Below, piece by piece: positions 47,078 to 64,000 of a DNA stretch of 64,000 nt (its first letter is position 1; each line of letters begins with the position of its first letter). Origin of the DNA: the human T2T-CHM13v2.0 reference genome, Homo sapiens. The translations under genes and the position numbers were made by a program. The stretch lies in the NCBI RefSeq assembly GCF_009914755.1, contig NC_060929.1, one strand, 5' to 3'. Under the pieces are notes generated by a model. That model did no database searches. It was not told where the DNA came from and saw only the letters and a program-made list of their open reading frames with translations.

Positions 47078-49991
47078 CATAAAGAGGTTTACCATTTAGC
47101 CTGCTAGTAATATCTGTGCAAGAGCACACCTATGCCTATTTTCCCAACCTCCCGGCTTAAACTATACATATCGTATAAAGTCCCTGGCTCAAATCCTTAT
47201 TTCATTTTACTGTATTTATTTTTTATTATCTTATTTAAGTTTTCTTTATTTGTCACAGCCCAACAGTATGCCTTGTTTCCTTATTTTGTTTATTTTACTT
47301 TGTTTTAACTTTGTTGCTATTTTAATCACTTTTACTCTTGGTTTATTTTCCTTTTATATGGGTATTACCAGTTTTTTTTTTTTTTTTTTTTTGGCCAATG
47401 AATATAGTTGCTGGTATTGCCTTAATCATTTTTAGTTCACATTATTCTTTGGTTAGAGCTTCACCCTTTCCTTGGTGTTTTCATTTTTTATTTATAAATA
47501 GAAGGCAAAAGTTGATCATAGGATTGCCAGCTCCCAGAGAATAGACCACGGCCCAAATAAAAGTACTTAGAAATTTGTTCTCCTGCCTGCTGTCTGAATA
47601 GCAGCCTTTCTATCTCTCCTTAAAAGATCCCTTTAATGTTGAAGTCCCTAAACATTTAAGCCTATGTACTTTCAGAGATTCAAAACTTGAAATCTTCTGC
47701 TGGGATGATAGGGTGATAATAAGCTGGCAGGTACCAGCAGCACCCTGAGCTGCTGGAACTTGGAACTGTTTACTTGTGTGCCTGATGCAATGGCAGAAGC
47801 TCAATCAGCTCTTCACTGATCATTCAAGGTTTCTAAACTTCTTTGGCTCTAGACTTTACATAATAATTGCGGAAATTTGATCACTAGAAGAGGAGAAGAT
47901 GTGGCAGCTACACTCCTGCTAGCAGAGCCTGGTGTTCACAGGTTATGTCAGAGAAAGAGGTGAACCAATGCCAAAGTTCTCCTGTGGGCTTGTCTGTTAA
48001 AGACGGTACTGCTTAAGGACTGAGAAATCCTAACCCCAGGCCTGCAAGCTGTGAGTTGTATAAAATTAAGAAGTTCCTTTTTCATTTCCTCACCTTAGAC
48101 CTGGAATTGTAAGTTTGCTCCGAGATGTCTAAAGTCATCCCATGAGGAGATGTTAGGCATCATAATGATTGAAGGCCTAACTGGTAGAAATATTACACAG
48201 CAGTAAGTCCTTGGTGTCTTCAGGATTAACATCCCTGATTTTGATTACTTGAGATAAACCCCAAGAGTTTATAACTTGTAATTTTTAATTTTGCTAAGGC
48301 ATAAGTATGTTCTGTATATTCTCTAAGGGTGGAAAGCAAGAGTGAGGCACTTAGCTAACGAGAGAACCCAGCCAATCTCCACTGTTCCGACGCAGCTTTG
48401 TAGAGTTCTACCTAGTCTCATATATATACAAGCACATGAAGTCATAAAAACATTTCTGTCTTAAAAAAAAAAAAAGCTGATAAAAAGAGAGTCAATTTTC
48501 TTGGTAATGGAAGGGAGGAGAAAGAACTAAGATAAACGATAAATCATAGCTAAAGAACTAGTTTTGATTAAAGCAAAAAATGGGATGTCCAATTAAACAG
48601 TGGCTCAGATTTATGATGGACAAGAGTCTTTTATTTGATCTATATGGAAATAGGACGTAGTGATCTTATGAAACTTTCAGTTATACCCCAGGCCACACAA
48701 AACTGAACATCATGTGAAGAATTAATCATAGAAGGTCTTAAAAACAGAATTTCAACTTTTCAGTAATACTTGGAGAATGTCTAACTTATTCAACATTAGA
48801 TATCCAGCACCCAGGAAAGGGCCTGCGCACATAATAGGTGCTCGGTAAATACTTGTTGAAATGCTGAGTCACTGAAATCAATTTGATGCTACAGAAGTAC
48901 TTCTGAATTTGGAACATACTTCTCCCAACACTATGGCACTGTATCTCACAGGATGAAATTCTAAAAAACAGTTTATATTTAGAAATTGAAACTATGTTCT
49001 GCATTTTGCTATAAATAAAAATATGAGAACTGGCCAGATGCCAGCCCAAATACACCCTTCATCACAGACAAAAAGTAACTACCAAAGCAGCCCTACAGTC
49101 CCAAAGAGCCACTAAAGGAAGGCAGGGCCACCTCTCATCAAGGGGTTCGTTTATCTTTATCCTAATGAAGTACAAGAGGGCACTCACAACTAAGATGACT
49201 TGCAACTAAGTTAGGACCTAAAATTTCAACTTAGGACATTGTTAAAGCCAATCTGAGATTTAAAATAAATGTTTTTTAAAGGTGTGGAATCTAGCCTACT
49301 TGAGGTTTACATTTAAATAGAAAATACCCAAAAAGTGGTAGCATCTACCCAATTCAGAAATTAAAAAAAAAGCCTCATTATTATTTAGCAAAATCAGAGA
49401 AAAACGAATACATTTTCACTAAAATACAGTAAGCTTTAAAAAATGCATCTAGAAAAAAACTACTCCCCAAAAAACCCCCCAAAACAACAACAACAACAAC
49501 AAAAAATAAAAATGCATCTAGACAGAAACAACTAAAAATTCTCTTGATCAAAACAAGCAAGATCAAATGGGAAACTCTAATGCAATGCTTACTGGAAACA
49601 TTTAAAATTTCAATCTGAGTCTATTTTTGGAACATAGGAACTGGAACAAATCACAAATCAGATTTTTAAAACTGAAATCGCAATAAAAATTTAGTTGTAA
49701 GGTACAATTCTGACAGATACTTGTTTGACCAGTTCTTTATTTAATGTGCATTAGGTTGTTTCAGTCTTTTGCTACCATAAATGATGTTGCACTGAACATA
49801 CTTTTTGTACACATGGCTGAGTTTTGTGGGTAGTTCACAATGGAATTGTTAGCAGCTGTGAGAAAGAGTGAAGTAAATGTGGTAATGTAGAAAAGGTTTT
49901 AAAACAGTGTTAACTGAAAATAGGTACATAACAGTTCACATCGGGTAAAATTCCACCTGTAAAAAAAAAAAGGAGAGAAGAGATATACATA

Positions 49992-50205
49992 CAGATTGAG
50001 TATCTCTAATTTGAAAAGTTCCAAAATCCACAATTTTTTGAGCACCAACATGATGTTCAAAGGAAATGCTCATTGAAGCATTGTGGATTTTCGAATTAGA
50101 GGTACTCAAACAGTAAGTATAATGCAAATATTCAAAAATCTAAAAAAATCCAAAATCTGAAACACTTCTGGTTTCAAGCATCTTAGATAAGAGATACTCA
50201 ACTTG
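49992..50205 (+). mobile_element. Tigger4a-like MITE
   Basis: TIRs cagattgagtatctct ... agagatactcaacttg, followed by (TG)n. Confidence 0.85.
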
Positions 50206-50698
50206 TGTGTGTGTGTGTTTGTGTGTGTGTGTATAAATTTTCACCTATCAGATTGGCAAAAAAATGCAAACATGTGAAAATACCTAACTATTGGCCAAGC
50301 TGTAAAAATACATGTCTCTCATACCTTGCTAGTGGGAATGTAAAAACTTCAACAGAAAGCAATTTGTCAATAGCGATTAAAACTATAAATATATATACTC
50401 ATGAAAATTAGGTGAAAAATTACATACGTACAAGGTTATCAATTATAACATCGTATACAATACAAAAAAGAGAACAACCTAGAGGTCCATAAAAAGGGAA
50501 CTGGTTTAAATAATAAACTCACAGTATGGAATAAAATGCAGTTATAAAAAATCAGAAACTCTCTCTATACTCATATGAAAAGATCTTTAAAATATAAACT
50601 TAGAAGGTGTCAAAATTATACACAACATATACCAACTTTTATGTAAAAAAGGGGTGTGAAATCACAGAGTACATAGCCAAATCAAATGGAAAACTTAC

Positions 50699-50757
50699 TT
50701 GTAAAGGTAATACTCTGCATGATCTATCTCTTCCCGAGAGGAAATGTTGTCTATAAG
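50699..50757 (-). CDS. MRPS27: MRPS27 internal coding exon (59 nt; probably exon 4)
   Basis: Minus strand: tttctttttctgtcttttag|CTTATAGAC...CTTTACAA|gtaagt. Translates LIDNISSREEIDHAEYYLY+AA, directly continuing the previous exon in frame (phase 0 start, phase 2 end). Confidence 0.96.
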
Positions 50758-52901
<2,144 letters not shown>

Positions 52902-53119
52902 TTAAAGATACATATTTTTTTACAATTCTTGCCAGATGGCTGCCAACATGAAGTATTAAAAGAAACGTTCTTTCTTGCTTTTTAGAAATTATTTTTATAT
53001 AAATTAAAGAGGAAAAAAGAATATTCTTTAAAACATTTTAAAAATGATTTAATTGGGTTGAGAATTATTTTAAAAAAACTTTTTACCATGTATTTAGCTT
53101 TTAAAAAAATGGATCAATT

Positions 53120-54447
<1,328 letters not shown>

Positions 54448-54899
54448 AGTCCAATATAATTAGCTCATGAAAGAAAAAAATAAAAGAAAAAAAAAAAAGA
54501 CCTGGGATGGGGAGGGGCGGGGAAAGGATCAATAAAATATTTCTGGAAGGAGACACAAGCAAGTGTATTTCCTGATAGGTTCCCCCCAAAAAAAGAAATT
54601 AGATGATGGGAGATCCAGGGAAGAAGACTCTTCATTGCTTACGCATTTATTCCTTTTGTATTTTGAAATATATTAGCTATATATCAGGTTATAGGTGTAT
54701 ATTAGCTATTCAAAACATTTAAAAATTGAAATTTATCAAGTGACTTTTATACCTACCCTGAACAAATCAGAGCAGCACTCTGGTTATCCTTAATGATTTT
54801 TGGCCTGAATGATTCCTATTTTGGTTCCTTCTAGCAGAACATCCATAGGAATATTTGGTATTTCTGAGATCACACTTTTATCTCAGAGTCTGAAAATAT

Positions 54900-56170
54900 C
54901 TGAAATCCTAGGCAGCATACTCTCTAAAATGTTTACTTCACATCTTGTCATTGCTTTTCAAATTTACAATATCCTTTTTCCCCTTCTCCTCACTCTCAGC
55001 TCATGATTTTGTGTCTCATTTCACTGAGAAAACAGAAGCAATCCAAAGAGAACTTTATCCTTCTAGCATCATGTCTACCAGGTTACTAGCATCTGTGCCC
55101 ATATTCTGTGTCCTCCATTCTGTTACAAAGGTTGAATGGTGTTAAACAAAAAAGCCCTCCCTTGCCCTCATATTTCCTACCATTATGGCTCCTTTTCTCT
55201 GCTCCTCTTAACAGCAAGACTGCTAAAAAGAGTCATCTTAGATACAGCTGTTACTACCTCCTGAGCTCCCAGTCTTCAACACATTCAACTGACACCAATA
55301 ACCACTGCCACATTGTTAAAATCCAGTGGTTAATTTTCTGTTCTCATCTTACTTGACTTCTATCATTTGATACAGTTGACCATTCTATCCTTCACAAAAT
55401 ATTCTCTTTTTTCTCTCCTTCTTGTGTTCCTTTGCAGGATCTCCTCTTCTTGACTTCTAAACATTGGAGTGCCTCTAGGACTCTAGTAGACTGCAGACTT
55501 CCCTTCTCCATCTATGCTCGGTCCCTAGGTGATCTCATTCTCTGCCACGCCTTTAACCATTACCTACAGATGGTTGGCTCCACATGTACATACCTACCCT
55601 GTCTTCTCCCTTTAACTCCAGACTTGCATTTCCAATTACATAGGTGATATTTCCATCTGGGTGTCTAATAGGTATCTAAACATCACATGTTCTCTTATTT
55701 CCTCAACCTTCCACTTTCAATATGCTTTTCCTATCTCAGTAAATGACCACCACATTGGCTGGTTTACTGAGGCCAAAAATGTAGGCATCATCCTTGACCC
55801 CATTCTTTTCACACTCTATAACCAATTTGTCAATAAATCCTACAGGCTCTAGATTTGAAAAATAACTATATATTTCTCATCACCACTACTGCTAAGCCAC
55901 CAGTATCTCTCATCTCCTGACCTTGTTTTAACTACTGTCCCCACCCTTATTATCTAATCTCCACCCAGCAGTCTGAGTGAGCATTTTAAAAGATAAATCA
56001 GCCAATCAGGATAAAAACCAATAAATGCTAATCTGTGTTGTTTTTCTGTCTCTTACACTAAAAATAAAATCCATATAATTACTAATATACACACTCTCAG
56101 TCCCTAGAACAGTTCCATAAAAGGCACCTAGTAAATACCTAAAGAAATGAATCAAAGGAAGAAAAGGAAG
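54900..56170 (+). mobile_element. L2 element
   Basis: ctcatcttacttgacttctatcatttgatacagttgacca; ggcatcatccttgac; 3' end agtaaatacctaaagaaatgaat. Confidence 0.75.
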
Positions 56171-57759
56171 AAAGAAAAAAGCAATTGGGTTTCCAAGGTT
56201 TGTTTACTCCCTGGTGGAAGAAATTGGTATCAAGTAATAAGGACACACCAGAAATGATCAAGTAATAAGTATTTGTTGAAAACCTATTGTTGTGCATTTA
56301 ACCATTTTTTCCTCTCTTTTTTCCCTGAGGGATTGATCTCAATGACTCAGTACCTACTGGGGGAAAACAACTTTAGAACTTTAGAACTTGATACGATATG
56401 AAAGCAATTAGCTTTTCTTATGACTATCTTAAAGGGATTGAAGCCAAGTGATTAAAGCAAAATAAAAACAAAAAAGTCCTTAAACCCCCTTCACACTAAG
56501 GCAACTTAATAGCATTAAATCTACTTGCTTACAGATGTTAAATGTCTCTCTCATAATAGCAAATCTTTTGATCATTTCATAATGAAGGCTTCTGTGTTTA
56601 GATGAGAGGCAATATGAGAAATTACCTCCCTCTACCTGAAATTTACAATTTAACTTAAAATAGCAAGATCAGGATCTATGGCCTAATTAAAATGAAAAAC
56701 CCATCATTTCTTTGTGGGTTTCACATCATGCACAATGTATAACCAAACTCTGGAATAAGGTGGCTTCACTGATCACCTCTGTAGTGTGGTAACTCAAGAT
56801 TGCATGTGAATCCTTCGCACCAAGGCATCTTTAGTCAAGTGAAATTGGCTGGAGCCTCAGAAAAGGTAACAGCTGCAAAGCCAGCATCTAATGAATAACA
56901 TTTGCATTTTCCAAGTCAGAGAAAGGTTTGCTGCTAAATATATCATGTGGCCAATCACCTCACAGTATAGCACTGCCGTGATGAATGAGGCAGAAAACTG
57001 CACAGAGCAGGGACGGCCAGGAAAGCTGGGACAGCTGCGGCGTGCAGAGGGCCAGCGCCACAGGCTTCTGGACTGTGGGCTTCCACAGTCAAAATCCCAC
57101 CTCATGTTTCAGTGAGGGGCCAGCAGATGCCCAGGTTTTGTTCAAAGAGATGTGCCAAAGAAGATACTTTTTTGCTTGCTATTCAGCTCCTCAGGAATAC
57201 ATACTGTGGCAGATGGTTGTGGACAACAGACTATATGGGAAAATGGATCTGAAATTTGAATTCTTCATTTAGCAAAACTTGAAGCTAGACAGACAATGTG
57301 GAAGTATGTCCAGAAAATAAAATGTATACTAAAAATGCCCTTCCCATTTGAAGAAAGCAATACTATTAACGATCTCAGAATATACAAGATTGTATTGAGA
57401 ACCCTGCACTATTCCCAGTAAGAGTGCAATGGCCCACAAGCCTGGGTGAGGATTCAGATTGCCTGAGGGGCTTTAAAACTTCAGATTCCTAGGATTCTTT
57501 TCACCCAGAGGGAGACTCTAATTCCCTGGGTTTGAGGTAGCACGAGAGACTTAAACAATAGCCCCAGAAGATTGTAGCCAATCAAGCACGTCAGTTATGT
57601 TTGGGAGCAACCATGGGAGGGAACACAAAAGAAGTCTTAGATGTTGCTCCTAAGCTCAAAGAAGATACTGAATAGGAATTCCATTGCTGGAATAAAATGA
57701 ATTAAATATCTTTAAAAAATTCCTCCTACTATAAAAATAAAACAAAATATCAATTTTCC

Positions 57760-59850
57760 CCCAAATATATGACTGAGCTTTCAAGAAGGTAGATGTAACT
57801 GTCAGAGGCCAAAGGCAAGATGGAAACATGAACTTGGAGTGTTTAGAGGAGCAGTCCCTTTGAGGGGAGCAGTCCTTTTGAGAGCATGTGATGATCTACA
57901 GTGATGGAGAGCTTTAGTTTCAGTGACTTATGGGGACAGAGGATAAAACCAATACTTGTAAGATGAGAAGCTTGTTCAGAGATCCTCAGGTAAAGCCAGG
58001 ACCACCTAAGGGAACTACACCTGAAGTGAAAAGGTAAAACTTATCACTACAATAATGCACCCTAAAAAGTAAACAACCGGGACACTTGTCCCCTGAAGAT
58101 TATAAACTACAAGTCAGCCCTCATGCCTCTTTGGGGATTTAATCCACTCTTCTTTTGTGATCCAAAATATACCAAGCTGAGAATTTTGTTTGAAGAGTTG
58201 ACTTCACTATATAAAATTCTAAAAATTGTGAACTATTCTATAGAAACAAAAAAGCATATCCATGGTTGCCTGGGAATTTGGGGTATAGGGCCAGAAGCGG
58301 AAGGAGAAAAGGGTTAAAGAATAGGAGAAAACTTTGGCAGGTGACACATATGCTCATTATCTTGATCATGGAGATGACTTTATGGACATATACACCTGTA
58401 CATTGGTCAAAACTGATCAAATTGTACATTTAAATATACATAGTTTATTTTATGTGAAGAATACCTCATCAAAGCTGTAAAAAGTAAACAATGAATAAGT
58501 TAAAAAGCAGGTTAGACACAGGTGAAGTGAGAGTGAACTGAAAGGCAGATAATTACACAGAATGCTGCAAAGATAAAAATGAGAACTGTAAAAGAGCAAA
58601 GATATAGAAATATGAATAAGAATGTATGATGAGACAATGATGAGAATTTTTTAGAATTGATAAAAAATATAGGTTTCTAGATTCAGGATATGTATACAAT
58701 CTCAAGTCAAAAAAGTAAAATTATTATTTCAAAAACGATGAATGAGAGGATCTCAAAAGTGGCCAGAAAGAAAAGAGAAATTACAAAGAAAGAAACAACT
58801 ATACTAACAGGTGTTTTCTCAATAGGAATGATAAAATCCAGAAAATAGAATAAAATGTTCAAAATGTTGCAAGTATAAACTATCAACCTAAAATTGCATA
58901 TCTAGCAAGATTATCTTTAAAAAATAAGGGCAAAATATGGGTATGCTGGCATGTGCTTGTAGACCCAGCTACTCAGGAGGCTGAGGTGGGAGGATCACTT
59001 AAGCCCAGGAGTTGGAGGCCAGTGTGGGCAACACAGCAAGACCTCATCTCAAAAAAAAAAAAAAAAAAAAAAAGATAAGGGCGAAATGAAGACATTTTTG
59101 GACAAACAAAAACAGAAAATGTATTAGCAACAAATACTAAAGGAAATTTTTAGAACTCAATAAAATTGGTTAAATTGGGGGGGAACTGACTGTTTAAAAT
59201 AATGTTATATGTGTTTTAAAGGATAAAACTTTATTATTAGACAAGAGCATATGGTTAGATGTGTGTGTGTGGACCTAAGGTGTCCTAAAGGATAGTAGAG
59301 TGTGATGAGCATTACAATTTAAGCTAGATATGCATTTTAGAAGTTAAAGGGCAACAATCTCTAAAAAAGTAGAGGATATAATCTCCAGACCAGTGGAGGG
59401 GAAAAAAACGTAAAAAACAAAAACAATCCAAAAGTAAAAATCAATCCAAAAATAAAAAATAAAGAAAAAAAAGAAAGATGAAACCAATCACAAAATGTGA
59501 CAGAAATAAATCCAATTATATTGGTAATCATGAAATGATAATGTAAATAGACGAAATTTTCTAGTTAAAAGATAATGATTGTCAGATTGGTTAAAAATAT
59601 AAAAGCTAGCTATATAAATCATATAAACACAGAAGAGTTGAAAATTATTAAAAACACACTAGGAAGCCAAAATAAAGCTGGTACAGTTGTATTAATATCA
59701 GACACAATAGATTACAGGCAAAAAGCAGTTTTATAGATTATGTGGGTCACTACATAATGACCAAAAATTCATTTTGCCAAGATAATTTTAACCTGGTGCA
59801 CACCAAAGTAACACAGCTTCACAGTACATAACCACAAAATCTGTAGTACA
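57760..59850 (+). mobile_element. Old L1M fragments (ORF1/ORF2 5' region) with FLAM insert
   Basis: A-rich degenerate L1 phrases (tcaacctaaaattgcatatctagcaagattatctt; aaagctggtacagttgtattaatatcagaca). Confidence 0.65.
58938..59072 (+). mobile_element. FLAM monomer
   Basis: TSD ataaggg(c)(a/g)aaat, A tail. Confidence 0.88.
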
Positions 59851-61199
59851 GATGTGTTGAAAAACAAGCCTCTTAAAAAAGAGTGTGGTCTCTGGGGCAA
59901 AGTTGTGATAATGAAGGTCACTGAAGAAAAATATGAATCCTTTATTGAATCCTTCTAGCTTCAGGTGAGAAATGGTTTCAGTTTTTCTTTTCTACATAAC
60001 TGCACATTACTGTTAACCTTTCAGGCAACACTAAACTCTTTCTGGGCTTATGGTCATCTGCATACCTTACCTAATTTATATAATAAAGAAACAGGTACAG
60101 ATTATTATTGTCCTTCCTAGAAGAACTGATCTTGAAAAATACAGGCTGAAACTGTTTTTGTTTCCCACATTTTAAAAGAAAAACGAGGACACATGACATA
60201 TATCATGCATTGAATATACAGAAGGAAGTATGGAAAACTAGCCTAGCAACCAATTTGGACATAGATTTTTAGACTTCCTTCTATTTGTCTGTCACCAGAA
60301 GCTTTAACATAAATAAATCCAATAAAGGAAAAACATGAAATCAAGCTTTGTGTACATATATATTAATGAGACTAAAGAACGGTGATGTGCACAAGTCAGA
60401 CCCATCTCTAGAACTTGGCAAATATGGAAACTGGAAAATGAATAGATGCCACAGAGATGCAAATACAGAACTGACAAAAGTTAAGAAAGCAGACTTCAGA
60501 AAATCTCCATCAGGCCTCAAGAGCAGGATCTGAAATATTCATGCAAAAAGCCAAAGGCCTCTACAGCTGAAATGACACAGCAAAACTAAATCTCAGCTAA
60601 AATGGAAGAAGTGTCTGTAAGAGACAGACCTGAATGCAAATGTGTCAAGGAAATACTCTTTGGATTCAAAAAGGAGGTTCTCCAAAAACAAACCAACAGA
60701 AAACAAACCAACAAACCAAGAGAAACCAACACAAACAAGCAAAACAGTAACCCAAACCAAAATGTGTCCTATACTTTGTGATGTGAAAAATCACAAATAA
60801 AATATTTAATCCAGTAGGGCTCATGAATCCTGAATTCAGCTCAAGTCACCTGAGTGCTCGCTCCTTGTCAGAAAGACTCAAGAAAACTTCCTCTCATGGA
60901 ACTCAAGGAGCTTCCCCATGAGGCCTGCCCTCCTACCAACACCCTACCCAGTTCCCCAGTGGTTTTCTCCTGAGTCCTGTTCACAGTGGATCCTATTCTG
61001 TTAACTAGTAAATGTTGATAACTTTTACCCTGTACCTCCCCAACAAATCAGCAAGTTAGTGGAGGAATTCCAGAGACAATGCTTTAACTCAGTGTTTATT
61101 TTAGCCAAAGGGAAGCCCAGTACAGAAACAATCAAAAGTTGAAATCTGATTGAAGTAGGAAAGCCCAGGGCTCTACAGAGCACAGTTGAACTATGGCCC

Positions 61200-63050
<1,851 letters not shown>

Positions 63051-63129
63051 AGAAGAAATCGACTACTTTAATGTAGGCGGAAGATCCTATGGTAGAATCT
63101 CAGGTACTACAGCAATCACTGAGAAAGCT

Positions 63130-63815
63130 TTTTGGGCGGAAAGGAAAGTGAGGCTCTCGCCCGGTTTCCTCCTCTCCACGGTGGAACTGGCAGCGGCCCT
63201 GGCTGGCTGCTGAGAGCGCGGAACGGGGCGGCGTTCTGACGTTCGCGCCGGGGCCCTCTGGACGCACCGCGGGCGCAGGTCCTAGACAGCTGCATTGGCG
63301 TCCACCGCGGCCCCGGCGCTGGGAAACTGCCCTCACGCTAGGGCCCTCCCCGAGGAGCTCTCTGGCACAATCAGCCACGAGGACGAAGAGAGGGGGCACC
63401 GGAACCGCAAGCCCACTCCGAGAGGCCAGAACCTCTCTCTCGCCGTACTCCCCGGCAGGGCACGGCTCAGGGGAGACGGCGCTCTGGCACATGAAGCCCA
63501 CACCCACACGCCGCAGTGTCCCTTTCTGCCTCGATCTCCAATGGGGATGGGAGCGGCGAAAGCCTCATATCGGCCCTCCTCCGTCCCCCAATCAGCGAGC
63601 CCGCTTTGAGCACCTCACGGCCCTCCGGCTGGCGGCGCCCAATCACAGCGCTCCACATGCTGGGCGCGGCCCTGCGCGCGCACGCTACCCGACAGCCCCG
63701 CGCCCACTCGCCGCGTTCCACCCGCGGGGCGGCGGATTCCCGCAGGGGCCACACTGCCACCTACTGTCCCATCTCCAGAGCTGGAGCCACGGGCGCTCTC
63801 CCTACCATGCGGCCT
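63130..63815. promoter_or_regulatory. Intragenic CpG island with promoter-like motifs
   Basis: Abrupt GC- and CpG-rich stretch in AT-rich surroundings. CCAAT at 63538, 63588 and 63639; ATTGG at 63294; GGGGCGG at 63225 and 63726; TGCGCGCGCA palindrome at 63673. Confidence 0.85.
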
Positions 63816-64000
63816 CCCTGCTAAGTGCCAGTAGCTCAACCCAAACGCTCAAATAAAAATGAGGGAAAACAAGTAGTGTCGTCGAGTAAAACCGAAAACA
63901 ATGTCCATTTTGAAAAAAGCGGCAATAATTACCTTCCAGTACACAGTAGGAAAAAGTCTCAAAAGCTTTCTTTGTTCCAAGCAGTGTGAGTTCCAAAACA

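Noticed and set aside
57575-57595. CCAAT next to CACGTCA as an ER-stress element
   Set aside because: Spacing and sequence do not fit ERSE (CCAAT-N9-CCACG), and it appears to lie in an old MER5-like transposon.
63100-63856. Several overlapping ORFs in the CpG island
   Set aside because: Expected from stop-codon scarcity in GC-rich DNA; none matches the MRPS27 N-terminus or a protein I recognise.

Overview
Human-type (primate) genomic DNA, AT-rich and dominated by interspersed repeats. Two short minus-strand coding exons with canonical splice sites (52800-52870 and 50699-50757) translate to (A)[23 protein letters not shown] and LIDNISSREEIDHAEYYLY(K). I recognise this as consecutive N-terminal sequence of MRPS27 (mitoribosomal PPR protein mS27), from memory exons 3 and 4. 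The window is therefore mostly the very long downstream intron (>50 kb, 1-50698) plus part of the upstream intron (52871-64000). That upstream part contains an intragenic CpG island with three evenly spaced CCAAT boxes (about 63130-63815). The ORF track misses both true exons, and its ORFs are nearly all repeat-derived or chance. I see no evidence of a new multi-gene system. The most interesting signals are the orphan CpG island (a possible internal promoter that could yield an isoform lacking the targeting peptide), a young AluYb9-type insertion next to exon 3, several locally templated duplications, a strong CTCF motif and candidate cryptic or poison exons. Repeat family names come from recalled consensus sequences and their boundaries are approximate.
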